Shown in pieces: positions 22,062 to 33,763 of a stretch of DNA of 64,000 bases. The stretch's first letter is position 1; every line of letters starts with the position of its first letter. The notes beneath the pieces are model-generated. The model was not told the DNA's origin. It saw only the letters and a list, made by a program, of their open reading frames with translations, and made no database searches. The translations under genes and the position numbers were made by a program. The DNA lies in contig NW_027191465.1 of NCBI RefSeq assembly GCF_011745625.1, positions 248,001-312,000 of the forward strand, read 5' to 3'. Origin of the DNA: Cladosporium halotolerans (Eukaryota).

Positions 22062-23990
22062 GTGGACTACCTATGACTGAACGAGGGACGATTCAGAAGT
22101 TTTATGACGATTTGGTGCGGACCAAAAAGGCAAAAACATACAACAGGCGGGATTCCCAGATGGTCACCCACTCTAGTACTAGTCGCCCGGTTCAGTACTT
22201 ATGTATGGCAGAGCGGACGGGATGCCCAGTTTTCACTGACCTGTGGTCGTATGTGCTCGTCGCCTGCAATTTGTGTTCAATACCCCATGCGTTTTAACGG
22301 TGCGACTCTGACGATGATTTTCGAGACGGCTATTGAACGTAAATAAAGAAGCGTTGGATGTATCAATTTCAACCGCTGGTGGGCACAATCGAAAACCCCC
22401 AAATGCCATTTCACCGACCCAATTTTACGCTTCCTCCAATTTGTCCGGCCAATCGGGTGAAGGAACGAATGCCAGCTAGCCGTCTCGGTCGACATCAATG
22501 AAGATATCGTTCGCCATAGCTCACCCTGACACGAAGATCGCACATTGCCAAGTCCGCGATTAGGCGAAGGAGGCAGGTGGGAGGGTGCTTGGCATCGAAT
22601 CAGGTATGCTGATAATGTATCCTGTAATCCCTCTCGATAACAGCTCAAGCCTGCAAAGATCAGGCTGAATTGTGGTTTGGGTATACGGCACCGCGGATGG
22701 ACAGCAGCACTCGACCGATTCGAGTCTCGTGGTCCGATTGTTGGCGCATCAGCTGCAGCTACGTTGCCAGCTACTGTCGAACGACTCAATCGGAGGACTT
22801 TCTCCCCCGTGCTGGCATCCACAGGACAAGTCTGGTGCCACCTGGTAGCTCGCATGTTCGAACCAGGCACCGAACAGCAGCGTAGTCACTCAAGTAGATT
22901 ATGCTTCGGGCAAGGCTGTGTGATTGCCTTCAGGGCTTGCATGTAACCCATATTGCCGTGACTGAAGGTACCAGCGGCACGTTTGCCAATAATTCGCTCC
23001 TGGCCTCCCAAGGCTGCCTTGTATTACGACGACGTGGCGCTGCTTTCACGCACCCAACTGATTTCAGCTGTGATACATCACAGCCTCGAGAATCTGAAGC
23101 TCGACGATTCGCTCCTAGGCCGCTCCTCGAGGTCACCACATAGCGCCACCGTCGCGCGTTCAGCTGACTGGTATTCCATGTTGCGTCTCCCGTCACATAT
23201 ATAAATGGACATCTCATTCCTCACCATATACCGCTATCTGGTACCTTCGCCTCCAACTCTATTGCATTTTACCTCGCACAAACTTTGACCACAAGCTCAC
23301 GTCGACTCCAAATCCTTTGTCTTCACGATGCCAGACAACACCAATACAGCTCTCAACTTTCATAGCATTGCTTCTACTGCTGTGAAAGCTTTCAAGACTG
23401 CAGTAGACTCTCGCACACAGGAAGCAAAAATCAAAGCCGAGGCTCAACAGGCGGGTAGAGTTCTACAGGCCAAGGCGGAGCTCAGGCGCAAGTCGGGCCA
23501 CAAATGATTACCCATCTGGATCGCTGAAAAGTACCGCGTAGGCGTCTTGATAAGGTGCGATGCCCTGCCCGTGGTAGTTGCCTATTACCATCATCTGAGA
23601 ACCGTGTGCTTTTTGCATCTGCTTAGTTGTGAAGGAAGGGTTACGACCTCTATCGGTAGCGTATTATCGATGAGACCTACCAGATCCTAATGGGAGGAGC
23701 TCAACCTGTCAATCAAGACTAACGAATGTGTCTCAGGGAAGCGCTACAGCGTGGTCACCAGCGGTTACGGATTAGGATTGGCCATGAGTCTTGACGGAGG
23801 TTCATCTTGTCTGAATATGTCAGAGCATTCTTCGGAGCTACTAAGTCTGTTTATGAGGTCTGCCAAGTCGCCAGCCTCTCTAGAACAAGTCTTAATGACT
23901 TGAAGACTCCTTAAAGGCAAACTTGGTCTATGCTCTGCCGATTGGCATAGAACCTGCCAGTCTTGTGGATCTCAGATTACATCAAAATCT

Positions 23991-24875
23991 ATGTTTCAAC
24001 CTATTGTCGTCGATATCACCACACATACGTCTGAACTTCCGGAGCCACCCGAGCTCCTGGAAATGGTTCAGAGTCAATCTTGCCACAAATTGCCCTCTTA
24101 CGGAATCAAGAAAGTCTTGATCCTTGCCAATTGCGAAAGGGAGAATTCACATGGGGGTTCAGAGTATACAGGACAAGTCACACCTTAAGGCCAACTTTGT
24201 CAAAGCAATCGAAGCCCTTAATGCTGACATGCATCTCGAGTGCTTCTCGTACTATGGATTCGAACAATTCACAGTTGACATCGGCAAGCCAGTGATCGGC
24301 AATGCAGACTATCAGTTCAGGCAATGTCTGAAGAACGACATTGTGAAAAATCGCGAGCTTCTCGAAGGCGCATCTCCGGCCAAACTTCTCACACTCGCGC
24401 AAGACCGCCGCGATCACTTTCATCCAGGTGCCAAAGTACATCACTCCTCGCGGTACCGCTTCTTCCTTGTGGTCGATGATGAAGTGATCCATCACCTGCT
24501 TCAACTCCCCCAATGGCCGCAGTTTGGGAAAGCAGTGTACCGATGGTGCAATCGGTCAAAGTTTTCGACTGCAGGTTCGACTTGTCAGATGAATATTTCG
24601 GAGCCTACATAGGCCCCGAGTCTAATGATGACGAAGAAGATTGCGAGAAGCAAGAGGATGATGGGTTGGAGGGCTAGTGTTGGGCATCTGCCAGCAAGCT
24701 GACGTGGCTATGGTTTCTCGACGGCATTTCCCAAGAAGAGCGTTTTTGCTCGGATGACTCCTGGGATGGAAAACTTCGCCTCGTACACGCAAAGAGTGCG
24801 ATAGACATGATGCTGCCGATTACCGCTTCTAACGTTCTCCCCAAACATAAACGGTTCAAAAACAATTCGAATTAA
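23991..24875 (+). pseudogene. Disrupted paralog of the downstream 25301..26287 gene
   Basis: Pieces in changing frames (FTWGFRVYRT, FVKAIEAL, RELLEGAS, RYRFFLVVDDEV, VKVFD, EG*CWA) match TWGFRVCRT, FRKAIDIL, RERLEGAS, RYRFYIIVDEEV, VKVLD and EGWYWA of the neighbour. About 3 frameshifts and an in-frame TAG at 24675-24677. Confidence 0.82.
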
Positions 24876-25300
24876 ATATGTGTAGATGCGTGTAAAGTTG
24901 ACCTTTGCAGAATGAGGTGATTTGCGACCCTTCGCGGATGGACTCAGAGATATGTAAAACAGCCATTCAACTACACAGTAAGTGAAAGCTCACAATATCC
25001 GTAAAACCCTTTTGCTCCTCGAATAGCGTGCCGAGTCATGGTCCCATCGACGGCGTAGGCGCCCTGGCGCTTACCGCGCAGGTTCATGGCCGCGGACCGT
25101 ATCAGAAGCTATCTAGCCGCGATCCATCGCGCCACATTGTAGGCATCTTCCTTTTCCAGCGTACCGATTATGATCCAGGCAGCGTTCCCAATAATAGTTA
25201 CGGCGCTGAGTTTCTTCAGTGTCTCTAGACCCATTCCAATCGCTCAATTTCACATCGTCTTCTAACCTTGGAACATCACCTAATCGACTCGTAACCTCCG

Positions 25301-26287
25301 ATGGCTCCTACCAGTGACCAGCCCTCCAGCCCAACCGATCTACGGGAAACAATCGAGAAAGCGAGAGCCAATGATGGATTGATCCATGAAGGCGTGAACC
25401 GAGCTGCGTACCGCTATTGTGACCGCCTTCGGGCGCATGGTCATTTCGACAATATGTACACATGGGGCTTCAGAGTCTGTCGGACGACCTACTATCGGCC
25501 TAACTCGGACGAAGATTTCCGCAAGGCAATTGACATCCTCCGCGAATACTTGCGCGCCTCGTTCTCTTCGAATCACGATAGCAGCTTGGGGAATGAGCAG
25601 CGGGACGCGGCCAAGAACGATCTGCCCGAGGATTTGGTTGCCGTAGACGACGGTCCAAACCAGCAGCTATGGCAGCGTTTGAGGCTCGAGGTTGTAGAGG
25701 ACCGTGAGCGTCTCGAGGGCGCATCTACCGCTCAGGTCCACGATCTCATCAACGAATGGATGGACTCCAAGGGCGTGAAGACCATGGACTGTCCGCGTTA
25801 CCGCTTCTACATCATTGTCGACGAAGAAGTTATGCAGAGCCTCTTGAATCACCCGTCGCCCGCAGTCGGCTTTGACGCGGACTTGCCGGGCGGAGTGAAG
25901 GTCTTGGATGCTGCGTATGGGAAACCAGACTCGTACTTTGGTGTAGAAGCGGAGGGCGACAAAGGCGACGAGGACGACAAGGAGGACGAGGACGAGCATT
26001 CGGTGTCCGGCGAGAGAGATCCAGACTACGAGGGATGGTACTGGGCCGCCCTCAGGGACTTGCCGGAGCTCTATTTTGAATGTGAAGATAGAGAGGAGGG
26101 CGCGATGTACACTTGGCATGAAGGCAAGCCCATGTTTACGGCGCCAGGGTTTGTCTTTGGCAATAACGGATGCGGCCATGACCTTTGCGACGAAATCCAT
26201 GGTTCCATGATGATGGCATTGATGATGTACGCAAACCACAAAGCCAACCAAGAAGCTGAACCCACCGAGGAGGTGACTAAGCATTGA
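25301..26287 (+). CDS. Uncharacterised fungal protein (WGF-x-x-x-RT family) with an acidic loop
   Basis: Intronless 328-aa ORF with coding-like codon use and an adjacent decayed paralog sharing its motifs. Confidence 0.8.
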   Translation: MAPTSDQPSSPTDLRETIEKARANDGLIHEGVNRAAYRYCDRLRAHGHFDNMYTWGFRVCRTTYYRPNSDEDFRKAIDILREYLRASFSSNHDSSLGNEQRDAAKNDLPEDLVAVDDGPNQQLWQRLRLEVVEDRERLEGASTAQVHDLINEWMDSKGVKTMDCPRYRFYIIVDEEVMQSLLNHPSPAVGFDADLPGGVKVLDAAYGKPDSYFGVEAEGDKGDEDDKEDEDEHSVSGERDPDYEGWYWAALRDLPELYFECEDREEGAMYTWHEGKPMFTAPGFVFGNNGCGHDLCDEIHGSMMMALMMYANHKANQEAEPTEEVTKH

Positions 26288-26410
26288 ATCCTCCTTCAAG
26301 TAACACATGAGAGAAAGCTTTCTTAAAAGCCACCTCGTTTTGCTGTGAATTGTGACTGATTATGTATTCTGTTCGTAAGCGCGTAAGATTTATCTGTGTA
26401 TCCGCGTGGT

Positions 26411-27634
26411 CTATACTCCGTCTCTTCCTTCTTCATATGCCTTTCGCTGCCGATTCATCTCCCAATCGACGTACAACCAAGAGCAAAATGCCCACGTAAC
26501 AATCCAGCCAAACAGTATGCCGAGCGAAAGTCCGAACGCAATGTGGAATTCCAGCAACCAGATGACGGCTGAGAGGCACCCGATGTAGATGACGACACCC
26601 AATTCCCACCAGAGCGTCAGCCAGACAAACATCCGGCGGAACGCCTTGCTCGACTCGTATCGCTCGTTGTACCGTACTCTAAATTCGCGGTCCTGCAGCC
26701 CGTCGACGGCGATAAAATCTTCGGCTGCGTAATAAATGAAAGGTCGGAGGCCTGAGCCTCGTGCGTGTGAATTGATCCCAAAGGGGATGTTGAAAGGGTG
26801 AAGGGTGGTTATCACCATCAGGACGCCGAGGAAGGCCATCAGAAACGCTGGGCCATACAAGTATAATTTGGGAATGACAAGCGACGCGCCGGCGACGAAG
26901 GGTACAAGAGCCATCAACATGGCAACAAGGTAAACCCAGCTTGTGGCGTCGAGTTCCCAGCGATTTCGCGACAAAAGCGGCGCGCATTGTTCTCGGCGGA
27001 AGAATAACCGCCATACTCGTGCCAGCAGCACGTAAAGCTCACCGAAGCCAAAGCATACCACGGCGTAGCCCATGATATCTTCGTTGAATTGGGGTTTCTC
27101 AATTGGGCACGCATCGCCGCGGTCGTGCCATTCTCTGCAGTCGTTCTGCCATCGTGCGCGATGTTTGTTGTACCATGTGTAGTAAATAATGCAAGGAATG
27201 ACGATATCACAGAGTACGATCATAGGTACTCCAAGGGTAATGCCCAAGTGTTCCATGGGATGCGACTTCTTGTTCGCGAGTTTCGTGAGCGGCCGTTTCA
27301 GCTGGGGCATGTCGGCCATTTGGGATTCCTTTGCGGACCCGGTGACAGTGACCGACGAGTTGGCGTGTAGACGTTGTGGTCTTACAGGAGGTGGTGGCTC
27401 CAGGTCCGGATGCGGTCGCTCATTCTCTGGTGCAGCGTCTGAATCGGATGATCCATAGGTAGTATTTCCAGTGTCCTGCTTTTCGATATCTTCCATGTCC
27501 TCCTCTTCTTCTTTCTCAATGTTTTCCTGGCGCCGCTTCTCTGCATCGGAGGGTTCTAACTTATTTCTCTTCGAACCGTTGGCGCTGCCACCACGCGTAG
27601 CGCCAACGCTTGGGAACCTCTCAAGGCTCTCCAT
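26411..27634 (-). CDS. Uncharacterised multi-pass membrane protein
   Basis: Disordered N-terminus followed by about 6 hydrophobic segments and a conserved-looking loop (YYAAEDFIAVDGLQDREFRVRY). First in-frame ATG after an upstream stop is at 27634. Confidence 0.8.
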   Translation of the reverse strand: MESLERFPSVGATRGGSANGSKRNKLEPSDAEKRRQENIEKEEEEDMEDIEKQDTGNTTYGSSDSDAAPENERPHPDLEPPPPVRPQRLHANSSVTVTGSAKESQMADMPQLKRPLTKLANKKSHPMEHLGITLGVPMIVLCDIVIPCIIYYTWYNKHRARWQNDCREWHDRGDACPIEKPQFNEDIMGYAVVCFGFGELYVLLARVWRLFFRREQCAPLLSRNRWELDATSWVYLVAMLMALVPFVAGASLVIPKLYLYGPAFLMAFLGVLMVITTLHPFNIPFGINSHARGSGLRPFIYYAAEDFIAVDGLQDREFRVRYNERYESSKAFRRMFVWLTLWWELGVVIYIGCLSAVIWLLEFHIAFGLSLGILFGWIVTWAFCSWLYVDWEMNRQRKAYEEGRDGV

Positions 27635-28613
27635 GATTTCGTCGTCCAGTGTTCGCGTATCCAAAGTCTTCCTCACCTCGACGGGTCTCAGCTTTTCCTA
27701 GATCGCCATGTACGAGGAAGTCTTGCCCAACCAGAGTAGTACGAAAGTCGCCAACAGCACTGCGCATGTTCAAACAGAAACGCTCATCATCACAATTCCA
27801 AACAGAGGCGGAGTGAAACGCTTACGGTAGCAAGGGGGAAACGCGACCCGACGGCAGCCCACCGTGCCACCGTCATGGCCCTAGTGTTAAGGTACAAACG
27901 ACTCATGACGATTTTCCGATCCGGCGGGTCCGAGCGACGACCTAAAAGAAAGATCGCACCACTTCGTCGCCCAAACAGCAGCGAGTCATGCGGCTTGGCG
28001 GCGTCGTAGAGTCGTTAGCAGAAAAACTAAGACGCGGTCCGCCCGGATGCCGTTTGGCGGCGAGATTTGCCGGGCGTGCGCGGAACCTTGACGGGTATCG
28101 CAGAGGGTGAAGGTGTCGGCAGGAAATTGCGGGTGGCAGATGCACGGAAAGAGGATTTCGATCGCTTGACGACGGTGGCGGCCCGGCTGCGCTGCTGATC
28201 AGGGTCCACATGGCTATGACGCTTGAATGCGTGGAGGTGTTTGGCGGGAGGCTTCACCTTACGGCAGATGGAGACTGGGGTTTCTTCACTCATGTGTTGC
28301 TATCTGATCATCGTGGAGAGATCCATTTATGGAAGTCGTAACATCGATTTAAAGCATGGAGGCAAGCTGTCGAAGAGCCTCAGGCATAGACACACGCCTA
28401 TGACTTGCCCAAACATCGCAACCAAATTGCACATCCGGATGGGTATTGGAAAACAAAGGTTTGGGCAAGATGGTTTTTATTTTCCATTTTCTCATGACTT
28501 CATGGCCAAGCTATTGAAGCTGACATTCGCAGCCATCCTCGTTGTCTTTGGCTTCATTGTTCATGCATTCCGATTCAGCCGCCTTTCCGACATGGCACCA
28601 AGCCATGCTCGAA

Positions 28614-29118
28614 CTACCAGCGGCCGAAGCTCTCCTGGAGGTGGCCCGGAGCCTCACGCTGGTTCGGGTTGTACTCATCGTCGCCGCCGTAGTGCTGGTC
28701 GTAGAGGTTCTCGGCCCTCTTCTTGGCCTCGTGCTTCGCCCTCTCGCGGTCGATGTAGTCAGCGCCCTTGGTCTCGGCGAGACGGTCGACCTCGGCTCCA
28801 GCGAAACTGGCCAGCAGCTCCTTAGCAAAACCGTGGGAAACAGTCTTGCCTGTTCATGAGATTTTTAGCATGTGGCCCGTTGATGTGATGGCGTGGCAAT
28901 GGGTACGCACCCTCCCTGCGCTGCTCGTCCTCGAACTTCTTCATGGCGAAAAAGCTGGCACCACCGGCGAGGAGCTCATGGCTGAGCTCAGCCTTGTTCT
29001 CTTCTTGGCCGTAGACCTGGTTGTAGTTGTCCTGAGCCTCGCCTGGTGTTTGTTAGCCGTCAGATCGTCTGACACACTTGAGAAGGTCAGTGGGCAAAGG
29101 CGTACCGAATCCGAACAT
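28614..29118 (-). CDS. CipC-like protein (DUF3759)
   Basis: Exons 29118-29106, 29042-28911, 28849-28614 give MFGFGEAQDNYNQVY...SHELLAGGASFFAMKKFEDEQRREGKTVSHGFAKELLASFAGAEVDRLAETKGADYIDRERAK. Confidence 0.9.
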
Positions 29119-29742
29119 CTTTGCTATTGATGTGTGAGTTGATTTGAGTTGAGTAGCAGTTGAGCTGTTCAGTGTTGTGAGTGGAAGGAGGATGGTAGGT
29201 AGACAGGCTTGCACTGAGCTCTTATAGCTCCGCAGCCATTGGGGTACACATGGCCTGATGAAACAGGCTTGCGTCAGGCACCCTGCGTCCGTCACATGCC
29301 TCCACCAATAGATCGTATAGTACGTAAGGCTGCTCTAGAATGCGCACATGCTTCCGCACGAGCCGCTGACCGTCAATGAGGGGCTAGTTTGGCTCTGAGC
29401 TGCAGCGGTGGCGTGAACTGAGGCGTAGCAACACGAGACGGGCCAGTCGTAATGAATCCCAGGAATGTGACGAAGCAATCTATTCTCAATACATAGCTCC
29501 AGCCTGTTAAACCCATGTGAAGCTCAGGGCCTCTCAAGCCTGTGAATGCTCTCATAAGGCTGGCACAGCCAAGCACGAACAAGCAACACCAAGCTCAGAG
29601 CTCCCCACTTGGCGTCCACCTTTGCCGCCTTTGCCGGCCTGCATGAGCCCTCAAAACACCGGCCACATTCTTCCAAGGCACGCAAGGCCACGATTAGCCG
29701 CCGACATCGTCACAGAACCACACAGCCCCGGGCCTCGTCACC

Positions 29743-30766
29743 ATGCCAGGCCGCCTGCCCACCACGCAAGACTTCCCAGCCTCGGTCAAGCTGGCGATTG
29801 TGCCACGTAAGTACGTCAGCCACAGCATCACCGCCAGCCCATCTCGAAACTGGAGATAAGGGCGCAGCAAGGGTCCGGGCCCAGAACTTTCGGCGTCAAT
29901 ATACACTCTGCTCTCCAGGTTCCAGACGTGCGCCTTATGGCCCTACGGGTTGACCCTCGCTAGCGCCAGACGTCCAGAGACCAAACAACTCATCCAATTC
30001 GCACCAGACTGAGAATCCTACTAACGGCGTCCCGCAGCACCAAAAGATGACCCTCCAACCAACGTCCTGATCCTCTTACACGGCTTGGGCGACGGGCAGG
30101 ATGCTTTCGCCACGCTCGGCCGGCAGATGAACCTGCCGGAGACGGCGTGCGTGTCCGTCCGGGGCCCCAAAGCCCTGCTGGATCTCGAGGGCGCGCACTG
30201 GGGCGACGACATCATCTTCGATTCCACGACTGGCGGGCTCGACGCTGATGCAGGGCTGAAGGAGAGCACTGCGTTGCTCAAACTTTTGATCACTGATGTC
30301 CTCGTTGAGAAGTGCGGCTACACGCCGAGGGAGATTCTTATCTTTGGTTTTGGCCAGGGTGGTATGGTTGCTTTGAGCACAGCTGGTACGTCTTCTGTAA
30401 TATTCCTACTACTTTACACCAGTCTCCATGAAGTCACTAACCCACCCAAAAGCCAACCTCACCCCCACCGAGCTCGGCGGCATCATCAGCATCGGCGCAC
30501 CGCTCCCCAGCGAAGCGCCCGCCGCTCTCGTCGACAAGAGCAAGACGCCCGTTCTGGTATGTGCTGGCTCCGACCGCTCGGCCGTGACCTCTGCGGCCGA
30601 AGACAAGCTCAAGCGGCTGTTTGAGTTCGTCGAAATCAAGCGGTACCGCAAAGCGGGCGACAGCATGCCGAGCAACAGGGATGAGATGATGCCGATCATG
30701 CAGTTCTTCTCGCGCAGGCTGAGGAGTATGAAGGGTGTGCCGGCAGGGAGTGTGGAGGTTTCTTAG
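29743..30766 (+). CDS. Phospholipase/carboxylesterase (abhydrolase_2)-fold protein, probably non-catalytic
   Basis: Introns 29807..30037 and 30386..30452. ILLHGLGD motif; GFGQGG at the nucleophile elbow. Confidence 0.85.
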
Positions 30767-30898
30767 ATGCTGTTTCTGTGTTCATGGCCAATTACGTGAT
30801 GAGACGTGTATGCTGGGAAAAATAGAACTCGCTTGAAATAGTTCATGATGGTAAATATGTCTACGAAGCCATGATAAACTATTCTGAGTCTTTTCACC

Positions 30899-32901
30899 TC
30901 ACAACCCATCCTCAGCAAAAGCCATCTGGCTCCTGATATCCCTCACCAGTCCCTTCGCCTCTTCCACCTCAACGCCATCCTGGCACAGCTCATTAGCCAG
31001 CTCCATTGCCCGGCTCAGATCGCCGTTACGATGGCACCAGCGAGCCAACCAAAGCCTCGCCCGACTCGTGATCTGGATCACACCCAAGCCAACATCGCCC
31101 TCCTCGGCGCCCTCTTCTTGCGCCAGCGTAAGCTCCATGTACGCTGCCGCCTCCTCCCACGCGCCGTCACGCTCATACAGCAGCGCAATATCGTACAGGA
31201 TCTGCGGATCCAGCGCCCCTCCCACAGCCTGCGCCAACGGATCCGGCGACCTGCCAGAAGCAAAGCTGCTCGCAGCCGAGCCACTGTCAACCTGCGAGCC
31301 AACAACAAGCGCACGCTTGTACGCCTGCACAGCATTGGCAAGCTTGTCACACTTCGCATACGCATTCGCCACAGCAGCCCACATCTTCGGGTCGCCGGGG
31401 CAAAGCGCAGCGGCGCGCTGGTAGTAGAAGAGCGAGTAGCTGTAGCACTCGAGCATCTCGTAGCCCTGACCCAAGCCGTACCAGGCGCGGTAGTCGCGGC
31501 GGTTCGCGTCGACGGCGCGGCGGTAACTCTCGATGGCGGCCTGCGTGTTCTTCAGCTCGATGTACTCATGGCCCATGAGCGTCCAGGCGGCCTGGAAGGC
31601 GCGGTCGAGCGCGAGCGCTCGGCGAAAGTGCAGGACGGCCTTCTCGTGCTCGGAGATGAGCGAGTAGTAGTTGCCCAGGATGCAGTTGGTCTCGGGGCGG
31701 AACTTGTCCGTGTCGCTGGCGGTGGCGGCGAGGGTGGCGAGTTTGGGCCGGTTGGGGAGGACGTAGAGGAGGTTGCTGTAGATCTCGAGGCCGTCGAGGC
31801 GGTGCGGGTGGTCTTTGATGAGGCCATCGAAGATCTGCATTGCTTGTTCGTGGTCGCGCGAGTGGTAGTACAGCAAGGCTTTCTGCTGCTGCAGGAAGGC
31901 GGATCTGGGGAAAATCTTTTGCATATCTGTGAGGTTTCTGTACACTTCGGGTGTGGTTTGGTAGAGTTCCTGGCTGCAGTTGACGTGGAATATGAAGGTC
32001 ATGATGTTGCGAGGCAGGTGCTCGCTAATCTGTTGCAGCTCTTCCACGGAGCCTATTGCAGACGTTAACTCCTGCCATGCCGCCCAGTTGTAAGGGTTGA
32101 TATCGACGCTGCGGAGCAACCATTGTTTGGCAAGATCTTCTGATTTGGATTTCATAAGAACAACACCGTACAGGTAATCCAGCCATCCTTGCGAATTCGT
32201 CTTGTCTTGCAGGCCACCACGAGAGTTAAAATATGCTTCCAGGATTGCGGAAATGCTCGGTAGCTCCTTGTTAGCTGTTACGGGCCCATCAGCTGGTCCG
32301 AGAATCGGTTCAGAGTCTTCCATCCTGCGCTTCTCGCCGGACATGTACCGAGCATAGAGCGCCAGAAAGAGAGATTTCTGACTGATGTTTTTCGGTAGTG
32401 CAGTCGGTGTGGGTCGTATCGAGTATGGTGCTTCAAGCGAGTGTCTTGTCTTCGCTTTCGGCGTCAATGATAGCCTTGATGGTGATAGCACATCCGGGGC
32501 CGGTGTGGTATGTGGAACTTGCTGGGGAAGAAAGACCCCAGCACATCGGTCAAACTCCCGACAGTCGAAGAAGGATTTGGCCAGCAAGTACTTCGGGAGC
32601 TCTTTTGCCTCGCGCCGGGCTTCCTTGGAATCAAAGTTGATGTTGAGGGCGGGAGTGGGCTCTTCCACATCTTCATCCACATCTGTGTCGTCTGCGTCAT
32701 CCTCTATGGGTGCAAATGGGCTCGAAAAAGAGTTAAGCAACTCTGCTGACCTAAGGGAATCAGCGCACGTAGGCATTATATATCTTGGAGGCCCTTCGCC
32801 TACCACTTCGCTGCAAAGTACAGACATCGCTCGTTGCATTCGACTACCGCCCGCTGGAGTTGCGTTTGCAGCTCTAGCTGCTGTTCGGGTGACAACGCCA
32901 T
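30899..32901 (-). CDS. CDC23: Anaphase-promoting complex subunit 8
   Basis: Intron 32751..32803 gives ECNERCLYFAAKWSAELL. YLLAKSFFDCREFDRC and TPR motifs RPETNCILGNYYS, AWTLMGHEYIELKN and DYRAWYGLGQ. Confidence 0.93.
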
Positions 32902-33763
32902 ACGCAAGCCGTTTCTCTGTCGACTAGCTTGTCACGCGCGGCTTCACAGACTGTTATACCCGCAAGCGAATGCAGGTGATGTGCGATCTGGAACGGTCTG
33001 CTTCTATTGGTTCATACCGCCCAGAGCACTCAAAGTCGTGTTTTGGGCTGTGGAGTAGGCGCGCCTCGCTTCGCGCGCTTCCGCGCTAACCCTTTCTGGG
33101 CTCTCCACGGCAGTGCGTTTGGGGGCGCCTGCGTGTTGGGATCATCAGCCGAGCGCGGCTCTCGACCTCACCACCTGCAGTTGTGGTGGGCACAAAGCAG
33201 ACATCACGTGAGATCTCTCAGCATCAAGCGTGGCTCTCCGATACGCTGCCGCACACGGGTACTGCTTTGGATGATGTCGACCCATACATATGGTCGAGAG
33301 TGCCAACTGAGAGCACCTCAACAATGGCAATGACCGGCGAAGCCTCCGTGTCACAAGCCGGTGGCCAAGGCAAACTTCAGCCATTCTTCTACCCTTGCAG
33401 ATCCGATGCGGCCCACTCTTGAAGCGCCGGAAGTTCATCGTTCCGGCGATGTTTCTTGGAAGGGCGCTCACTAATAAAGGGTCGCTGGCAGGAGTACCCT
33501 ATCTGCATGCTGCGGCTGCTTACGACAGGTCATCTTCTTCGCTTACAGGCCTTGTCCCTGTCGGCACATCTATATTACATCTGTCGCTATTTCATTCGGC
33601 TGACATCGCGTGCTCGGGTGTAGGGTCGCTTAGGTACAGGCCTGCTGTCACGGATTCTAGGTTTATCCGAGGGTTCACTTACATATACCCGCGTCCTCTG
33701 GCAGCTGTCAATCCTCCCCCTTGAGCCTCTCGGTGTTTGCAAAGGTCAGAGCATTGCAGGACT

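Noticed and set aside
22100..23950. Possible extra cluster genes or transposon relic downstream of the NRPS-like gene
   Set aside because: No terminal repeats, no transposase/RT motifs and no credible ORF seen.
29990..30037. CTGAGA as part of a TPP riboswitch
   Set aside because: The rest of the TPP aptamer consensus is absent and the host gene is not thiamine-related.
31031..32068. 345-aa + strand ORF
   Set aside because: Antisense shadow of GC3-rich CDC23.
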